DNA of 64,000 nt, from the IMG/VR virus record IMGVR_UViG_3300012665_000674, positions 1 through 64,000 of that record; one strand, given 5' to 3'. The notes under the pieces are model-generated. The model did no database searches. It saw only the letters and a list, made by a program, of their open reading frames with translations, and was not told where the DNA came from. Positions 9,066 through 18,938 of the stretch are shown piece after piece. The position numbers and the translations under genes were made by a program. The stretch is from a virus. Lineage: Duplodnaviria; Caudoviricetes. Numbering within the stretch: the first letter of the stretch is position 1; every line of letters starts with the position of its first letter.

Positions 9066-9232
9066 TATGCTCGTACCACTTCTACGACAACTGCGTCACC
9101 GACTAGTTCTTGTGCTACCTGCTCTAATGCTTGTTGAATGTCATGACCAGCGATACCGGAAACGTCTGTTTCACTGTCCTTGACGATTTTACTAAATTTA
9201 ATGACGATAACGTCCTCTACAATCTGTGCCAT
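9065..9232 (-). CDS. Small hypothetical protein (55 aa; absent from the ORF track)
   Basis: MAQIVEDVIVIKFSKIVKD...VVVEVVRA*; GGAG SD and GATAAATA upstream; TAATG coupling to the next gene. Confidence 0.75.
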   Translation of the reverse strand: MAQIVEDVIVIKFSKIVKDSETDVSGIAGHDIQQALEQVAQELVGDAVVVEVVRA

Positions 9233-9264
9233 GAAAAATACTCCATTATAGAGTATTTATCATT

Positions 9265-9990
9265 CTAAACAAGTTCTGGACGCTTTTCTAATTTATATCG
9301 TTTTCCAAGATGTTCCCCGTGCATTAATGCTAGATAACTCAATGTGCTTTCATTATCATAGTCAATAAAATGACTTGAACTAGAATATCTATACCGCCAA
9401 CTACTAGCAGCATTATTATAGCCTTTTAACCATATTTTTAATGAATTACTTGGATGCAGGGATTTTGTTCTACCGAACAACTCTGTTAAATCTTTGCAAA
9501 AGTTTTGTGGTATAACTTTTGATTTTAAATAAATTCTGTAGGGATATTTAGGTTCATTTACAAAATGCTTTACTCCCGCAAACTGTGATTTTTGAACCTC
9601 AGTATAATCATATGCTAGATTAGCATCAATGGTTTCAATTGTTTTTAACAAAGATAAATCATTGCAAAAAATAGAAACTGTGTCACGTTCAATTCGAATG
9701 GTTGCAGACTTTTCTTTACGTCTGAGATTTCTCCATTCAATATATGCTTTTATAGATTCTAGATTTTTAGTAACATCAGGTTTATCTTTTTTATTAATTA
9801 CTTGCCAACCAGTAGTTGCAGTATACCGAGTCATGAAGTCTGCTACAGATTTTGCATACCACGTATAACGCACACCGGGTAAACGAAACCGTACCCTGTA
9901 TGCGTATTTGTTGTAATAATCATCATCACGGTAATCGTAAAAATCAATTCCCGGAACGTTGTCAACTGACTTCAATAATCCCATTTTCAT
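9265..9990 (-). CDS. Hypothetical protein
   Basis: 241-aa ORF overlapping the end of clpA. Confidence 0.6.
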   Translation of the reverse strand: MKMGLLKSVDNVPGIDFYDYRDDDYYNKYAYRVRFRLPGVRYTWYAKSVADFMTRYTATTGWQVINKKDKPDVTKNLESIKAYIEWRNLRRKEKSATIRIERDTVSIFCNDLSLLKTIETIDANLAYDYTEVQKSQFAGVKHFVNEPKYPYRIYLKSKVIPQNFCKDLTELFGRTKSLHPSNSLKIWLKGYNNAASSWRYRYSSSSHFIDYDNESTLSYLALMHGEHLGKRYKLEKRPELV

Positions 9991-12226
9991 TTACCTTAGC
10001 TGTGAGTTTTTGTGCAACCGTAAAATCAACTTTATCTTCATTCATAATAACAGTAATTGTACTATTTTTGATTCGCTCAAACAATACTTTTTTACTTAAC
10101 GGTACCCTAATTAATTCATCAATCTTGCGTGATAGTGGACGTGCGCCCATCTTTTTATCATATCCTTGCTCAGCCAAATAATTGATAACGGGTTCAGTAA
10201 GTGTAAGACTAATATTATGTTTTTCAATGAGGCTCTTTTTCAAGTCATCAGTAAACTTAATTACAATCTTCTTAATAGCAAGTGTGTCAAGTTTATTGAA
10301 TTTGCAAATCAAATCAACACGGTTTCTAAACTCAGGTTTAAAGAATTCTTTCAATGCTTTATCATCTTCACCTTGTTTTTCTTGTGCTCCAAAGCCAATG
10401 TTATTACGTTCTCCGTCAGCACTACCCAAGTTACTAGTCATAATGATAATAGCATTTTTACAGTTAACTTTTTTACCGTTACTTCCTGTAATCTGACCTT
10501 CATCTAACATCTGCAAAAAGATATTAAAGATATCAGGGTGTGCTTTTTCAACTTCGTCAAACAACATGATAGCATGTGGGTTCTTACTTAAGTCGCTAAT
10601 CAAACGACCACCGCCAACTTGACTATCACCGAAGCCAACATAACCAGGGGGAGGGCCGATCAAACTTGATACTGAGTGCTTCTCACCGTATTCACTCATA
10701 TCATATTTGAGCAATGGCATGTCAAGGTTCTTACTTAACAACTTAGCCAATTCTGTTTTACCTGTACCTGTTGGTCCTAAGAACAAGAAACTACCTGTTG
10801 GTTTAGTGTCATTGCCGATACCAGCAAAGTTAACATAGATACGTTCCAATACTTGCTGAACAGTTTCATCCTGTCCATACAACTTACCTTTGATGTTAAT
10901 TTCAAGATTATTGATGAGGTCAAAGTTATCACCTTTCATCTTGTCTGCCGGCACACCTGTGAACTTCTCAACTTGGTCAAACACAAGTTCTTTAGTAATC
11001 AATGCACCCTTATTGCCTGCAACACGTTGTTTAGCACAAGCCGCATCAAGCAAGTCAATACTCTTGTCGGGATTCTTGCGGTCATGAATATAGCGTCCTG
11101 ATGATTCTACTGCGGCTTTAATTGCATCCTCAGTAATCTCAACACTATGGAAGTCATTCAACCGTGTACTAAGTCCTGAAAGAATTCTAATAGTTGAATC
11201 AGGAGAGGGCTCATCAATTGCTACACGATAGAACCTACGCATCAAGGCACGATCCTTCTCAAAACTTTCGTAGTACTCTTCCCATGTAGTACTTGCAATA
11301 ACCTTTAGTGTACCTTTAGTGATAGCAGGCTTAATCATGTTAGCAAAGTCAACACTACCATTGTTTGCTGAACCTGCACCCTGCATGGTATGTGCTTCGT
11401 CAATGAAAAGAATTGCTTTCTTTTTAGTATTCAATGCATCCAATACCGCTTTTACTTTTTCCTCAAAGTCACCTCGATATTTACTTCCTGCAAGTAGTGA
11501 GCCTACTTCCAAACTATAGACAGCGTGATCCTTAAGGAACTCGGGTCCATCACCATTTTGAATTAAGCTAGCAAGACCTTCTGCAATAGCAGTTTTACCA
11601 ACACCCGGATCACCAACCATCAATACGTTTGCTTTAAATCGTTTAGCTAGTACGTTGACAATATCATCAAGTTCTTTGCTACGACCAATCAATGGTTCAA
11701 GTTTACCTTGTTCAGCAAGTTGTGACAAGTTGATAGTGTATTCTTCTAATATTTCGTCGGCTTGATTTTCACTAAGATGTGAAGTATGCTCACCACCTTT
11801 ATAATGTTTCTGCCAGTATGCAACAAATTCATTTTTATTAATGCCGTATTTTAGTAGAAAGTAATGTGCATGGCTATTACCTTCTGCGGCAATACTTAGA
11901 TATAAATCAATCGTAGTTACTTGTCTACGACCGGTGAACAATACTTGTGTGACACTACGATTAATGACACGTTCTAGGCTATTTGTTTTGCGTGGCACTA
12001 CTTCATCAGTTGCAGAAATAATAGCGTGTAAGCTATCTAAGTATGCAGTGATTTCTTGTTCCATTGTATCAATGTCTGCACCAAAACCACCCACACATTT
12101 TTTAAATGGGGGATATGTAATTAATGCAAGTAATAGATGTTCAACAGTAACGTACTGTTGTTTTCTAGTTTTAGCAGATTCAATCGCTTGTTCAATGATG
12201 CTTTCGATTTCTGGTGAGTTTATCAT
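9962..12226 (-). CDS. clpA: ClpA-type AAA+ unfoldase (Clp protease ATPase subunit)
   Basis: Clp N-domain (EHLLLAL); two Walker A motifs (GDPGVGKT, GPTGTGKT); FIDEAH and FDEVEKAH; GPPPGYVG; ClpP-docking IGF loop; no ClpB middle domain. Confidence 0.9.
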   Translation of the reverse strand: MINSPEIESIIEQAIESAKTRKQQYVTVEHLLLALITYPPFKKCVGGFGADIDTMEQEITAYLDSLHAIISATDEVVPRKTNSLERVINRSVTQVLFTGRRQVTTIDLYLSIAAEGNSHAHYFLLKYGINKNEFVAYWQKHYKGGEHTSHLSENQADEILEEYTINLSQLAEQGKLEPLIGRSKELDDIVNVLAKRFKANVLMVGDPGVGKTAIAEGLASLIQNGDGPEFLKDHAVYSLEVGSLLAGSKYRGDFEEKVKAVLDALNTKKKAILFIDEAHTMQGAGSANNGSVDFANMIKPAITKGTLKVIASTTWEEYYESFEKDRALMRRFYRVAIDEPSPDSTIRILSGLSTRLNDFHSVEITEDAIKAAVESSGRYIHDRKNPDKSIDLLDAACAKQRVAGNKGALITKELVFDQVEKFTGVPADKMKGDNFDLINNLEINIKGKLYGQDETVQQVLERIYVNFAGIGNDTKPTGSFLFLGPTGTGKTELAKLLSKNLDMPLLKYDMSEYGEKHSVSSLIGPPPGYVGFGDSQVGGGRLISDLSKNPHAIMLFDEVEKAHPDIFNIFLQMLDEGQITGSNGKKVNCKNAIIIMTSNLGSADGERNNIGFGAQEKQGEDDKALKEFFKPEFRNRVDLICKFNKLDTLAIKKIVIKFTDDLKKSLIEKHNISLTLTEPVINYLAEQGYDKKMGARPLSRKIDELIRVPLSKKVLFERIKNSTITVIMNEDKVDFTVAQKLTAKVNENGIIEVS

Positions 12227-12241
12227 ATTAACTTCCTTTTA

Positions 12242-13033
12242 TTATTTAGATTGAAGAATGCTTGTAACAATTTGTTCATCGATTATATCAGGAACAAATG
12301 GTTTAAGCAATATTATTTGGTCTCCGTACTGACTAGTACCGTAGACGGGCATACCCTGTCCTGCAATTTTTAATTGCACATATGGTTGTGTTTTTGGTTT
12401 TATAGATACTTCAAATGTTTTTCCCGAAATAGTAGTAAATTCAAATGTAGTTCCTGTTATCAAATCAAGCACTGACATTGCAATATTGCAAACCAAATCG
12501 TGGTTCTTTCTTTCAAACTTAAGATCAGGTTGAATTCTAAATTCAACCATTAATGAAGCACCGTCGATTGCATTATCAATTCTAATTTGATTCCCATTTT
12601 GAACACCTTTCGGTATTTGAATTTTTACCAAGTGTGTATTAGTTGGGGTTTGTAATTTCAATGTTTGTTCTTCACCGAAATATACTTGTTGTAATGTTGT
12701 TTGAACACTAGTTCTAAAAACTTGTTGTTGTGGTCTTTGTTGTCTATTTTGATGTTGCTGAAACATATCAAAGAAATCAGCAAATCCACCTGAACTAAAT
12801 GGGAAACCACCGGGTGTACCTTGATTAAAATGAAACCCTTGTGGCATAGGGTTATCATATTGTTGTCGTTGATTTGGATCGCTTAATATACGATATGCTT
12901 CTTCGATCTTTTGAAACGTGGAAGTATCACCACCCTTATCCGGGTGATGTTTACTTGCCAATCTGCGATATGCTTTTTTGATATCATCAGGTGTAGCGTT
13001 TTTATCAACACCTAAAGTTACGTAATGGTCCAT
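12242..13033 (-). CDS. DnaJ/CbpA-type co-chaperone
   Basis: J-domain with HPDKGG, G/F-rich linker and DnaJ C-terminal domain; no Zn finger. Confidence 0.9.
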   Translation of the reverse strand: MDHYVTLGVDKNATPDDIKKAYRRLASKHHPDKGGDTSTFQKIEEAYRILSDPNQRQQYDNPMPQGFHFNQGTPGGFPFSSGGFADFFDMFQQHQNRQQRPQQQVFRTSVQTTLQQVYFGEEQTLKLQTPTNTHLVKIQIPKGVQNGNQIRIDNAIDGASLMVEFRIQPDLKFERKNHDLVCNIAMSVLDLITGTTFEFTTISGKTFEVSIKPKTQPYVQLKIAGQGMPVYGTSQYGDQIILLKPFVPDIIDEQIVTSILQSK

Positions 13034-13039
13034 TCATTG

Positions 13040-13068
13040 AGTATAGCAAATATTATTGCTATTGTCAA
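13040..13068 (-). promoter_or_regulatory. Sigma70-type promoter for the dnaJ-clpA operon
   Basis: TTGACA-17 nt-TATACT, 6 nt before ATG. Confidence 0.8.
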
Positions 13069-13074
13069 TATTTA

Positions 13075-13686
13075 TTAAGATTTTCCTTCAATCTTTTCTT
13101 TTGTGCGTCCATAGGCTGCGATACCAAGAACTGCACCCATTGCAATATGGTACAAGCCTGCACCTTGCAATGTTAAGGGTTGCCACTGACTAGTCACGTT
13201 ACCGTGTGTTAGTGCTTGTAGTAAACTCCATAATATAGGAAATACAACAAAGTCCATAGTACAAGTTAGCATATAGATCCAACCCATAACTGGACGCCAT
13301 TTTTTATTAATCCAATCTGTGTTGTCGTTAGCTACTAATACGTCTGCACCACTGGCTGCATTAGTAGGAGCCGCACCTGTCAATACTGGTTGACTACCGG
13401 TTGATTGATTAATATTTGTTGTACTTCCAAATCCTGTTGTGGGCGGTACTGCACCGAATCCCGGACTTGATGTACCAAAATTACTGGGCCCGAATACGCC
13501 TGTCGAAGGTAAGCCAGATGTTGAAGGCCCGGTGAATATGTTGGTTGTTGCATTTATATCTCCGAATGAGCTACCTTGAGGGAATTGAGCAATGCTAGGA
13601 TCACTTGCTAATGCTTCGTGATGGTCATCGTTAGTTGCTAATGGATTTTCAAATCCTGATTTTTTGGGTAATATTGTTGTTGCCAT
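13075..13686 (-). CDS. Holin-like membrane protein (3TM holin family) with low-complexity N-terminus
   Basis: KKWRPVMGW followed by TM helices and LGIAAYGRTKEK C-terminus. Confidence 0.6.
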   Translation of the reverse strand: MATTILPKKSGFENPLATNDDHHEALASDPSIAQFPQGSSFGDINATTNIFTGPSTSGLPSTGVFGPSNFGTSSPGFGAVPPTTGFGSTTNINQSTGSQPVLTGAAPTNAASGADVLVANDNTDWINKKWRPVMGWIYMLTCTMDFVVFPILWSLLQALTHGNVTSQWQPLTLQGAGLYHIAMGAVLGIAAYGRTKEKIEGKS

Positions 13687-13687
13687 A

Positions 13688-14236
13688 TTATAATCCTGCC
13701 ATAGATTTAAAGGCTCTTAACTCAGCATCTTGTTCTGGTAAAACTTTAACTGGTTCAAGCCCTGCTTTCTGACGCATTTCGTTTAATTCTTCTTCACTTT
13801 CTTCTTCTACACGATATTCATGTGGGCTTATAGTGATAACTTGTTTTAACTGTTCAACGTCAGGTTCATATTCTTCTTCATTAACTTCAACTGTCCATTC
13901 GTCTAAATCCATGTCAGTTAATGTTTTTAAATCTTCTAAAAGTTCTACAATTCTTTCGGGTACTTTACTTCTGCGTTTCATTTCTACAAATACTAAATGC
14001 TGCCCTGGCGCTAATTGACCATCACTTAAACTAGCATCAAGTATCCAGTCATACCCACGTTCAAACCAATCAACTAAATCATTTCCTGCGGCTTCACTCG
14101 TAACAATGAATGCTAGTGTTACAATCTCGCTATCTCTACCCATTTTTGCCGCATATTCATCTACAGAAACGTTAGGTTCTATTTGATCTACCATATCCAG
14201 ATAATCTAAGCCTTCATTAATAATTCTTTTATTCAT
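13688..14236 (-). CDS. Hypothetical protein (possible head component)
   Basis: 182-aa acidic ORF; N-terminal IINE motif. Confidence 0.6.
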   Translation of the reverse strand: MNKRIINEGLDYLDMVDQIEPNVSVDEYAAKMGRDSEIVTLAFIVTSEAAGNDLVDWFERGYDWILDASLSDGQLAPGQHLVFVEMKRRSKVPERIVELLEDLKTLTDMDLDEWTVEVNEEEYEPDVEQLKQVITISPHEYRVEEESEEELNEMRQKAGLEPVKVLPEQDAELRAFKSMAGL

Positions 14237-14245
14237 ACTTTACCT

Positions 14246-14854
14246 TTAAACGGGCGGAGGGGGTGCTTGCGGTGGTGCCATCATACCGGCATCTGCTGGT
14301 AATGATTGGCCATTTTGCCCGTCATCTAAATTATCATCTTTTTGTAAATCTTTATCGTATGCGTCATCGATTTCTTGTAGGTCAATTGTGTCGCCGGCTA
14401 AGTCAATTGAACCTTCTTTAATGTCATCTAGTAAATCTTTAGGAACTTCAATATAAACAAACCAAACTTTTCTAGGAGCCATTTTAGGATATCTTGTTCC
14501 CGGCTTGTAATCGTCATAGTCTTTTACTTCTACGGGAACTTCAATCTTTGATTTTGCAAACTTTACTTTACAACCAATTGAAACTAATCTTTTAGCACCT
14601 TTTGGATCAGGCATCAAATTATATGGCCACATGAAAATACAACTAACTGTGTATCTACGGACATTAGGTCCTTGGACCAACTCGCCTAAATCCCAATTTC
14701 TAAAGGCGTATAAATCTGATTCGTCTAATACTCTCTCATAATCTAAAAGAGTGTTCATAGAACCATCACTGGTAAAAATACCTTTTACTGTGCTGATTAT
14801 ACTAACGTAATCAACATTGTCAAAAAAGTTGTCTGCTGTTTCATGGTGCTTCAT
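14246..14854 (-). CDS. Hypothetical protein
   Basis: Start moved to MKHHET, 5 nt after GATAAATA. Confidence 0.6.
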   Translation of the reverse strand: MKHHETADNFFDNVDYVSIISTVKGIFTSDGSMNTLLDYERVLDESDLYAFRNWDLGELVQGPNVRRYTVSCIFMWPYNLMPDPKGAKRLVSIGCKVKFAKSKIEVPVEVKDYDDYKPGTRYPKMAPRKVWFVYIEVPKDLLDDIKEGSIDLAGDTIDLQEIDDAYDKDLQKDDNLDDGQNGQSLPADAGMMAPPQAPPPPV

Positions 14855-15026
14855 TATTATATTTATCTTTAATTGAATATTAGCACTAATAAGAGTCTTT
14901 GGTGCCATGCAGCCTAATATTTAGTCTAAACAAATGTGTTAAAAGTATGCTACTTTGCATAGTGAATAGCCTCTTAAATAGATTTGAATGTTATGAGCAT
15001 TCATGCTCTTAAAAAGGAGAAATAAC

Positions 15027-15815
15027 TTGAGCAAACGTAAAACAAGCGCATTACGCACACCGGAACAAGACACACGATTTTCACACAGTAGAAAAAAAGA
15101 TGAGCAAACATTTTATACGAAAGAGTCAAAAACAATAGATTTCTCACAAGCACATAAGATTATGCGGGTAAACACAAAACCCGTTCAACTAGTCCCAAAA
15201 TCTCTAAACCAAGAAAAATACATCCTAGCTTTACTAGACGAATCCACAGATATAGTGGTTGTTACAGGTCCAGCAGGCACGGGTAAAACATACTTGGCTA
15301 TGCAGGCAGCAATCAAGGCCTTAAGAAGTGGTGACTGTGATAGAATTATATTGACACGACCTGCTATAGGTGTTGATGATGAAAAACATGGATTCTTGCC
15401 CGGGGATATCAATCAAAAGATGGAACCGTGGACTAGACCGTTATTAGACGTATTGCGTGAGTATTATACCACTAAGGAAATTACCCACATGCTAGAAGAA
15501 CAAATAGTGGAGATTGCGCCCCTAGCATTCTGTCGAGGTAGAAATTTCAAGAATAGTTGGATAGTATTAGATGAAGCGCAAAATGCAACTCCTGGTCAAC
15601 TCAAAATGATTATGACTAGAATCGGCGTTAACAGTAAGATTGTAATTACTGGTGACATTGAACAAACCGATAGAAAAACAGCCGACAATGGGCTACTAGA
15701 CTTACAAAATCGATTGAGGAAGGGGGTGATTCCAGGGTTGCAATTATGCCACTTTGAACTGAAAGATGTTCAACGTCATAAGATTATTGAACACGTACTT
15801 AGAATGTATACGTAA
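15027..15815 (+). CDS. phoH: PhoH-family ATPase
   Basis: GPAGTGKT, GFLPGD, RGR, LDEAQN, TGDIEQTD; probable TTG start after AAGGAGA. Confidence 0.92.
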   Translation: MSKRKTSALRTPEQDTRFSHSRKKDEQTFYTKESKTIDFSQAHKIMRVNTKPVQLVPKSLNQEKYILALLDESTDIVVVTGPAGTGKTYLAMQAAIKALRSGDCDRIILTRPAIGVDDEKHGFLPGDINQKMEPWTRPLLDVLREYYTTKEITHMLEEQIVEIAPLAFCRGRNFKNSWIVLDEAQNATPGQLKMIMTRIGVNSKIVITGDIEQTDRKTADNGLLDLQNRLRKGVIPGLQLCHFELKDVQRHKIIEHVLRMYT

Positions 15816-15818
15816 AAT

Positions 15819-15841
15819 AAAAGGGGCTTTATGCCCCTTTT
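15819..15841. terminator. Bidirectional intrinsic terminator
   Basis: AAAAGGGGC-TTTAT-GCCCCTTTT between convergent genes. Confidence 0.8.
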
Positions 15842-16749
15842 ATATTCCAATTAATAACTTTGGTATTTGCTAGTTTATTTTTAAAATCAGACACTTCAGC
15901 TAAAGTAGTCGGCAAAGGTCTGTCACTAATACTTTCAAGTTGTCCTATTTTCATGTATCCAAATGCAATTTTTGGATCAGCTATGTCTATCCCAAAATAA
16001 TCAAACCCACCTTTTGCTTCATAGAAAGTCTTCCATCGTTGCATGTATGCAAGTTTTCTTTCTTCTGTATGTGAAATATAATCAAAGAAATGCATCCGTA
16101 CGCTTGCAGTAAACTCACGTTGTGGAACAAATTGATCTTTGGGGCATTCAAAATCATTGGTTATAAAAAGTTCTTGTGCATGTTTACCCACATGACAATA
16201 ATGTATCATTAAATCACCAAATAAAAAATAACTGGTAAATAAGTTATATCCTTCTTCAGGAATGGGTATTCTAACAAAAGTTGACTTATTGAAATCTAAG
16301 CCAATTCTAAAAGCAGGAGTAATAACAGGTTCTTCACCCGATGATGTCCAAAAGCTAGCCAAGCATGATTCTAACCAATGAATTATATCGTTGTATTCAG
16401 TTAAAAATCCCCATAAATGTTCATAGTTTTTGTCATTTACTAAATGAGGGAAATGAACATGCATAATGTGTAATGCATGACTCCAATTAGATTCAGTTAT
16501 TTCAACTTTGTAAATTTGATCCGGTATATTGCTATTAATAATATCTGATAGCTGATATAATCTTTGTATTCTAGAATCGATTAAGTCTCTAGAAGCATAA
16601 CCTGTATAATGATTTAATGGACAGCAATCATCAATAGTACAAGATTGAATTAAAGTTGCCCATTGGTCAACTACTGTATGCTCTACTAAATTGTAGACTA
16701 GCGTTATGTTATCAGTAAAATTTACTTCAAACTTTTTGTGTAGCGTCAT
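15829..16749 (-). CDS. Hypothetical protein
   Basis: About 306-aa ORF; likely start MTLHKK. Confidence 0.6.
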   Translation of the reverse strand: MTLHKKFEVNFTDNITLVYNLVEHTVVDQWATLIQSCTIDDCCPLNHYTGYASRDLIDSRIQRLYQLSDIINSNIPDQIYKVEITESNWSHALHIMHVHFPHLVNDKNYEHLWGFLTEYNDIIHWLESCLASFWTSSGEEPVITPAFRIGLDFNKSTFVRIPIPEEGYNLFTSYFLFGDLMIHYCHVGKHAQELFITNDFECPKDQFVPQREFTASVRMHFFDYISHTEERKLAYMQRWKTFYEAKGGFDYFGIDIADPKIAFGYMKIGQLESISDRPLPTTLAEVSDFKNKLANTKVINWNIKGA

Positions 16750-16993
16750 TATTTGCTTTTTCAAGTTGGTCAATTAATGTAGGATAAATGCGTTTGTAGT
16801 ATTCATTCATTTTAACCCAATCACTGTCAACTGTTTTACCTTCAATAATGCACTTATCAATTTTCTTTTTAGCATAATCTAAAATAACGTTGCAAGACTG
16901 TACATCAGATGTGCGTACTTTTTTACTGATGGTAACTTGTTCATCAATTTGACCGTTTGGTTTTCTTATAAATGTTATTAATAAGTATCTCAT
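16727..16993 (-). CDS. Hypothetical protein
   Basis: 88-aa ORF coupled to the clamp loader gene by ATGA overlap. Confidence 0.6.
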   Translation of the reverse strand: MRYLLITFIRKPNGQIDEQVTISKKVRTSDVQSCNVILDYAKKKIDKCIIEGKTVDSDWVKMNEYYKRIYPTLIDQLEKANNDATQKV

Positions 16994-17916
16994 GTTGTTA
17001 GTTCTACTAATGTTGCTGCCATTGATATCTCGGGGATACCAACTAATGGTAAGTTTGCAAGACCATTACGAATAACGATAATACTTGCATCACGTTTCTC
17101 TTGCGTCTTACCCCACAAATCTAGATTGTCATACATCCATTTGTATGTATCTTCAATACGTGTAGGATAGAGTGCGATATACTGCATTAATTGTTGGCGA
17201 CCTTCAAGTATTTTACCAGACTTAAATAGGGCTGTTGCTTCCAACAACAACTCATGTTCGCTATTTCCTTCTGCTTGTGGTGCCAACAACTTGCCAGTAC
17301 TGCTATTTACTTGTAATTGATTCAGACATTTACGCAAGTCTGGATAACTTACACGTACATAGCTGTCTAAATCATCTAAATCAAATTCTACGTTTTCACT
17401 TACTAATACAGTAGCCGCACGTGCAGTAAATTCTGTACGATCTGGCTTTGCAATGTGAAATTTATGACAACGACTTTCTCGCAATGCAGGAATAATTTTA
17501 TGCTCGTAATTACATGTTAAGATAAAACGAACAGTTTGTGCATATGCTTCCATATCATTACGCAATGCCGCTTGAAATTCTGATGAAGTATAATCTGCTT
17601 CATCTAACAGAATGACTTTGAATTTACCAAAGGGCATTGTTTGTGCAAAGCCATTGATTTTTTCTCTAACAATCGCAACACCGTTTTCACGACTTGCATT
17701 GATTTCCATTACATCATAATCTTCTACGCCCAACTCTTTGATTAAGACTTTTGCAAGTGTAGTTTTACCTGTACCCGGATCACCTGAGAACAACAAGTGA
17801 GGAATAGAACCATCTTTGATCCAACCTTCTACTTGTTGCTTTTGCCGTTCATCAACGAATACATAATCATTGATTGAACTAGGACGATACTTTTCTACCC
17901 AAAGTTGATTTTTCAT
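16990..17916 (-). CDS. Clamp loader AAA+ subunit (T4 gp44 / RFC small subunit-like)
   Basis: LWVEKYRP, GDPGTGKTT, EINAS, LLDEAD, ILTCN, SRC, DLR. Confidence 0.92.
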   Translation of the reverse strand: MKNQLWVEKYRPSSINDYVFVDERQKQQVEGWIKDGSIPHLLFSGDPGTGKTTLAKVLIKELGVEDYDVMEINASRENGVAIVREKINGFAQTMPFGKFKVILLDEADYTSSEFQAALRNDMEAYAQTVRFILTCNYEHKIIPALRESRCHKFHIAKPDRTEFTARAATVLVSENVEFDLDDLDSYVRVSYPDLRKCLNQLQVNSSTGKLLAPQAEGNSEHELLLEATALFKSGKILEGRQQLMQYIALYPTRIEDTYKWMYDNLDLWGKTQEKRDASIIVIRNGLANLPLVGIPEISMAATLVELTT

Positions 17917-18602
17917 TTACGGTCGCCAAATAGTTGTAGTAAGTTAATAAACAAGTTAATAAAATCCATATATAGAGTTAATGCACCACTGATTTCTGCG
18001 GCTGGTGCAGTATCTTCACTTAGTTCTTCACGTATCTTCTGTGTGTCATATGCAGTTAATCCTAAGAAAATGATAATAGCTAATGATGAAATCACCATCT
18101 GCATTACAGTTGATCCTATGAAGATGTTGATTATACTAGCAATAACGATTGCAATCAAGCCAACAAACATAAATTTGCCCATACTATCTAAACTACGCTT
18201 AGTAAAGTACCCATAAAAACTCATAACTCCAAACAGTATTGCCGCACCCATAAAAGCTGACACAATACTGCCCATAGTGAATATAGCAAAGATTGTAGCA
18301 AAACTCAATCCCATTAATGCCGCAAAACTATGCAAGCATAACTGTGCTAGACCTTTACTAGGATTGTTAGCTAGTACCATAGAAATGCCAAGTATTGCTA
18401 ATAATGGTGCAAAGATTACAATCCATTTTGTTATACCTGTAAAAAAGAACTGCAATAATTCTGGTGTAGTTCCTACCCAGTAACTAACTAGCATGGACAC
18501 AATAACTGCTAAACTCATGTGTCCGTAAACGCGGCCCATTGCTGAATTAATTTCTTCAGCACTTCTATATGTTGGTGTTGTTTCAAAAATTGTAGAATCC
18601 AT
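17913..18602 (-). CDS. Bax inhibitor-1/YccA family membrane protein
   Basis: About 7 TM helices; AYDTQKI and GALTLYMDFINLF. Confidence 0.9.
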   Translation of the reverse strand: MDSTIFETTPTYRSAEEINSAMGRVYGHMSLAVIVSMLVSYWVGTTPELLQFFFTGITKWIVIFAPLLAILGISMVLANNPSKGLAQLCLHSFAALMGLSFATIFAIFTMGSIVSAFMGAAILFGVMSFYGYFTKRSLDSMGKFMFVGLIAIVIASIINIFIGSTVMQMVISSLAIIIFLGLTAYDTQKIREELSEDTAPAAEISGALTLYMDFINLFINLLQLFGDRK

Positions 18603-18612
18603 AATTTTCTCC

Positions 18613-18936
18613 TTATCTTTTTAATGCTTCATATGTAATGATATGATTTAGTGCTTCGCCCATGTCTTTGTCATTAGGAACAAGATGTAATGAATGTGTA
18701 TTCCTATCTGTTTGAGGATCATAGTCACGTAGTTCAACAACATGTCCGCCATTTGCTTTATACAATGTGAATGTTACTCCTCGGCTATGCAATTCATTAG
18801 AACCTGTTGGAAGTGCTAATCCTCTACGCATTTTAACAGAAGCAATTGAATTCCCCGCAATGTCTTCTTGTGGTTGATTTGCATCTTCCCACGCTTGTTT
18901 ACACTTTTTAGCAAACCATTTATCAAACCATTTCAT
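18613..18936 (-). CDS. Hypothetical protein
   Basis: 107-aa ORF. Confidence 0.6.
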   Translation of the reverse strand: MKWFDKWFAKKCKQAWEDANQPQEDIAGNSIASVKMRRGLALPTGSNELHSRGVTFTLYKANGGHVVELRDYDPQTDRNTHSLHLVPNDKDMGEALNHIITYEALKR

Positions 18937-18938
18937 TT

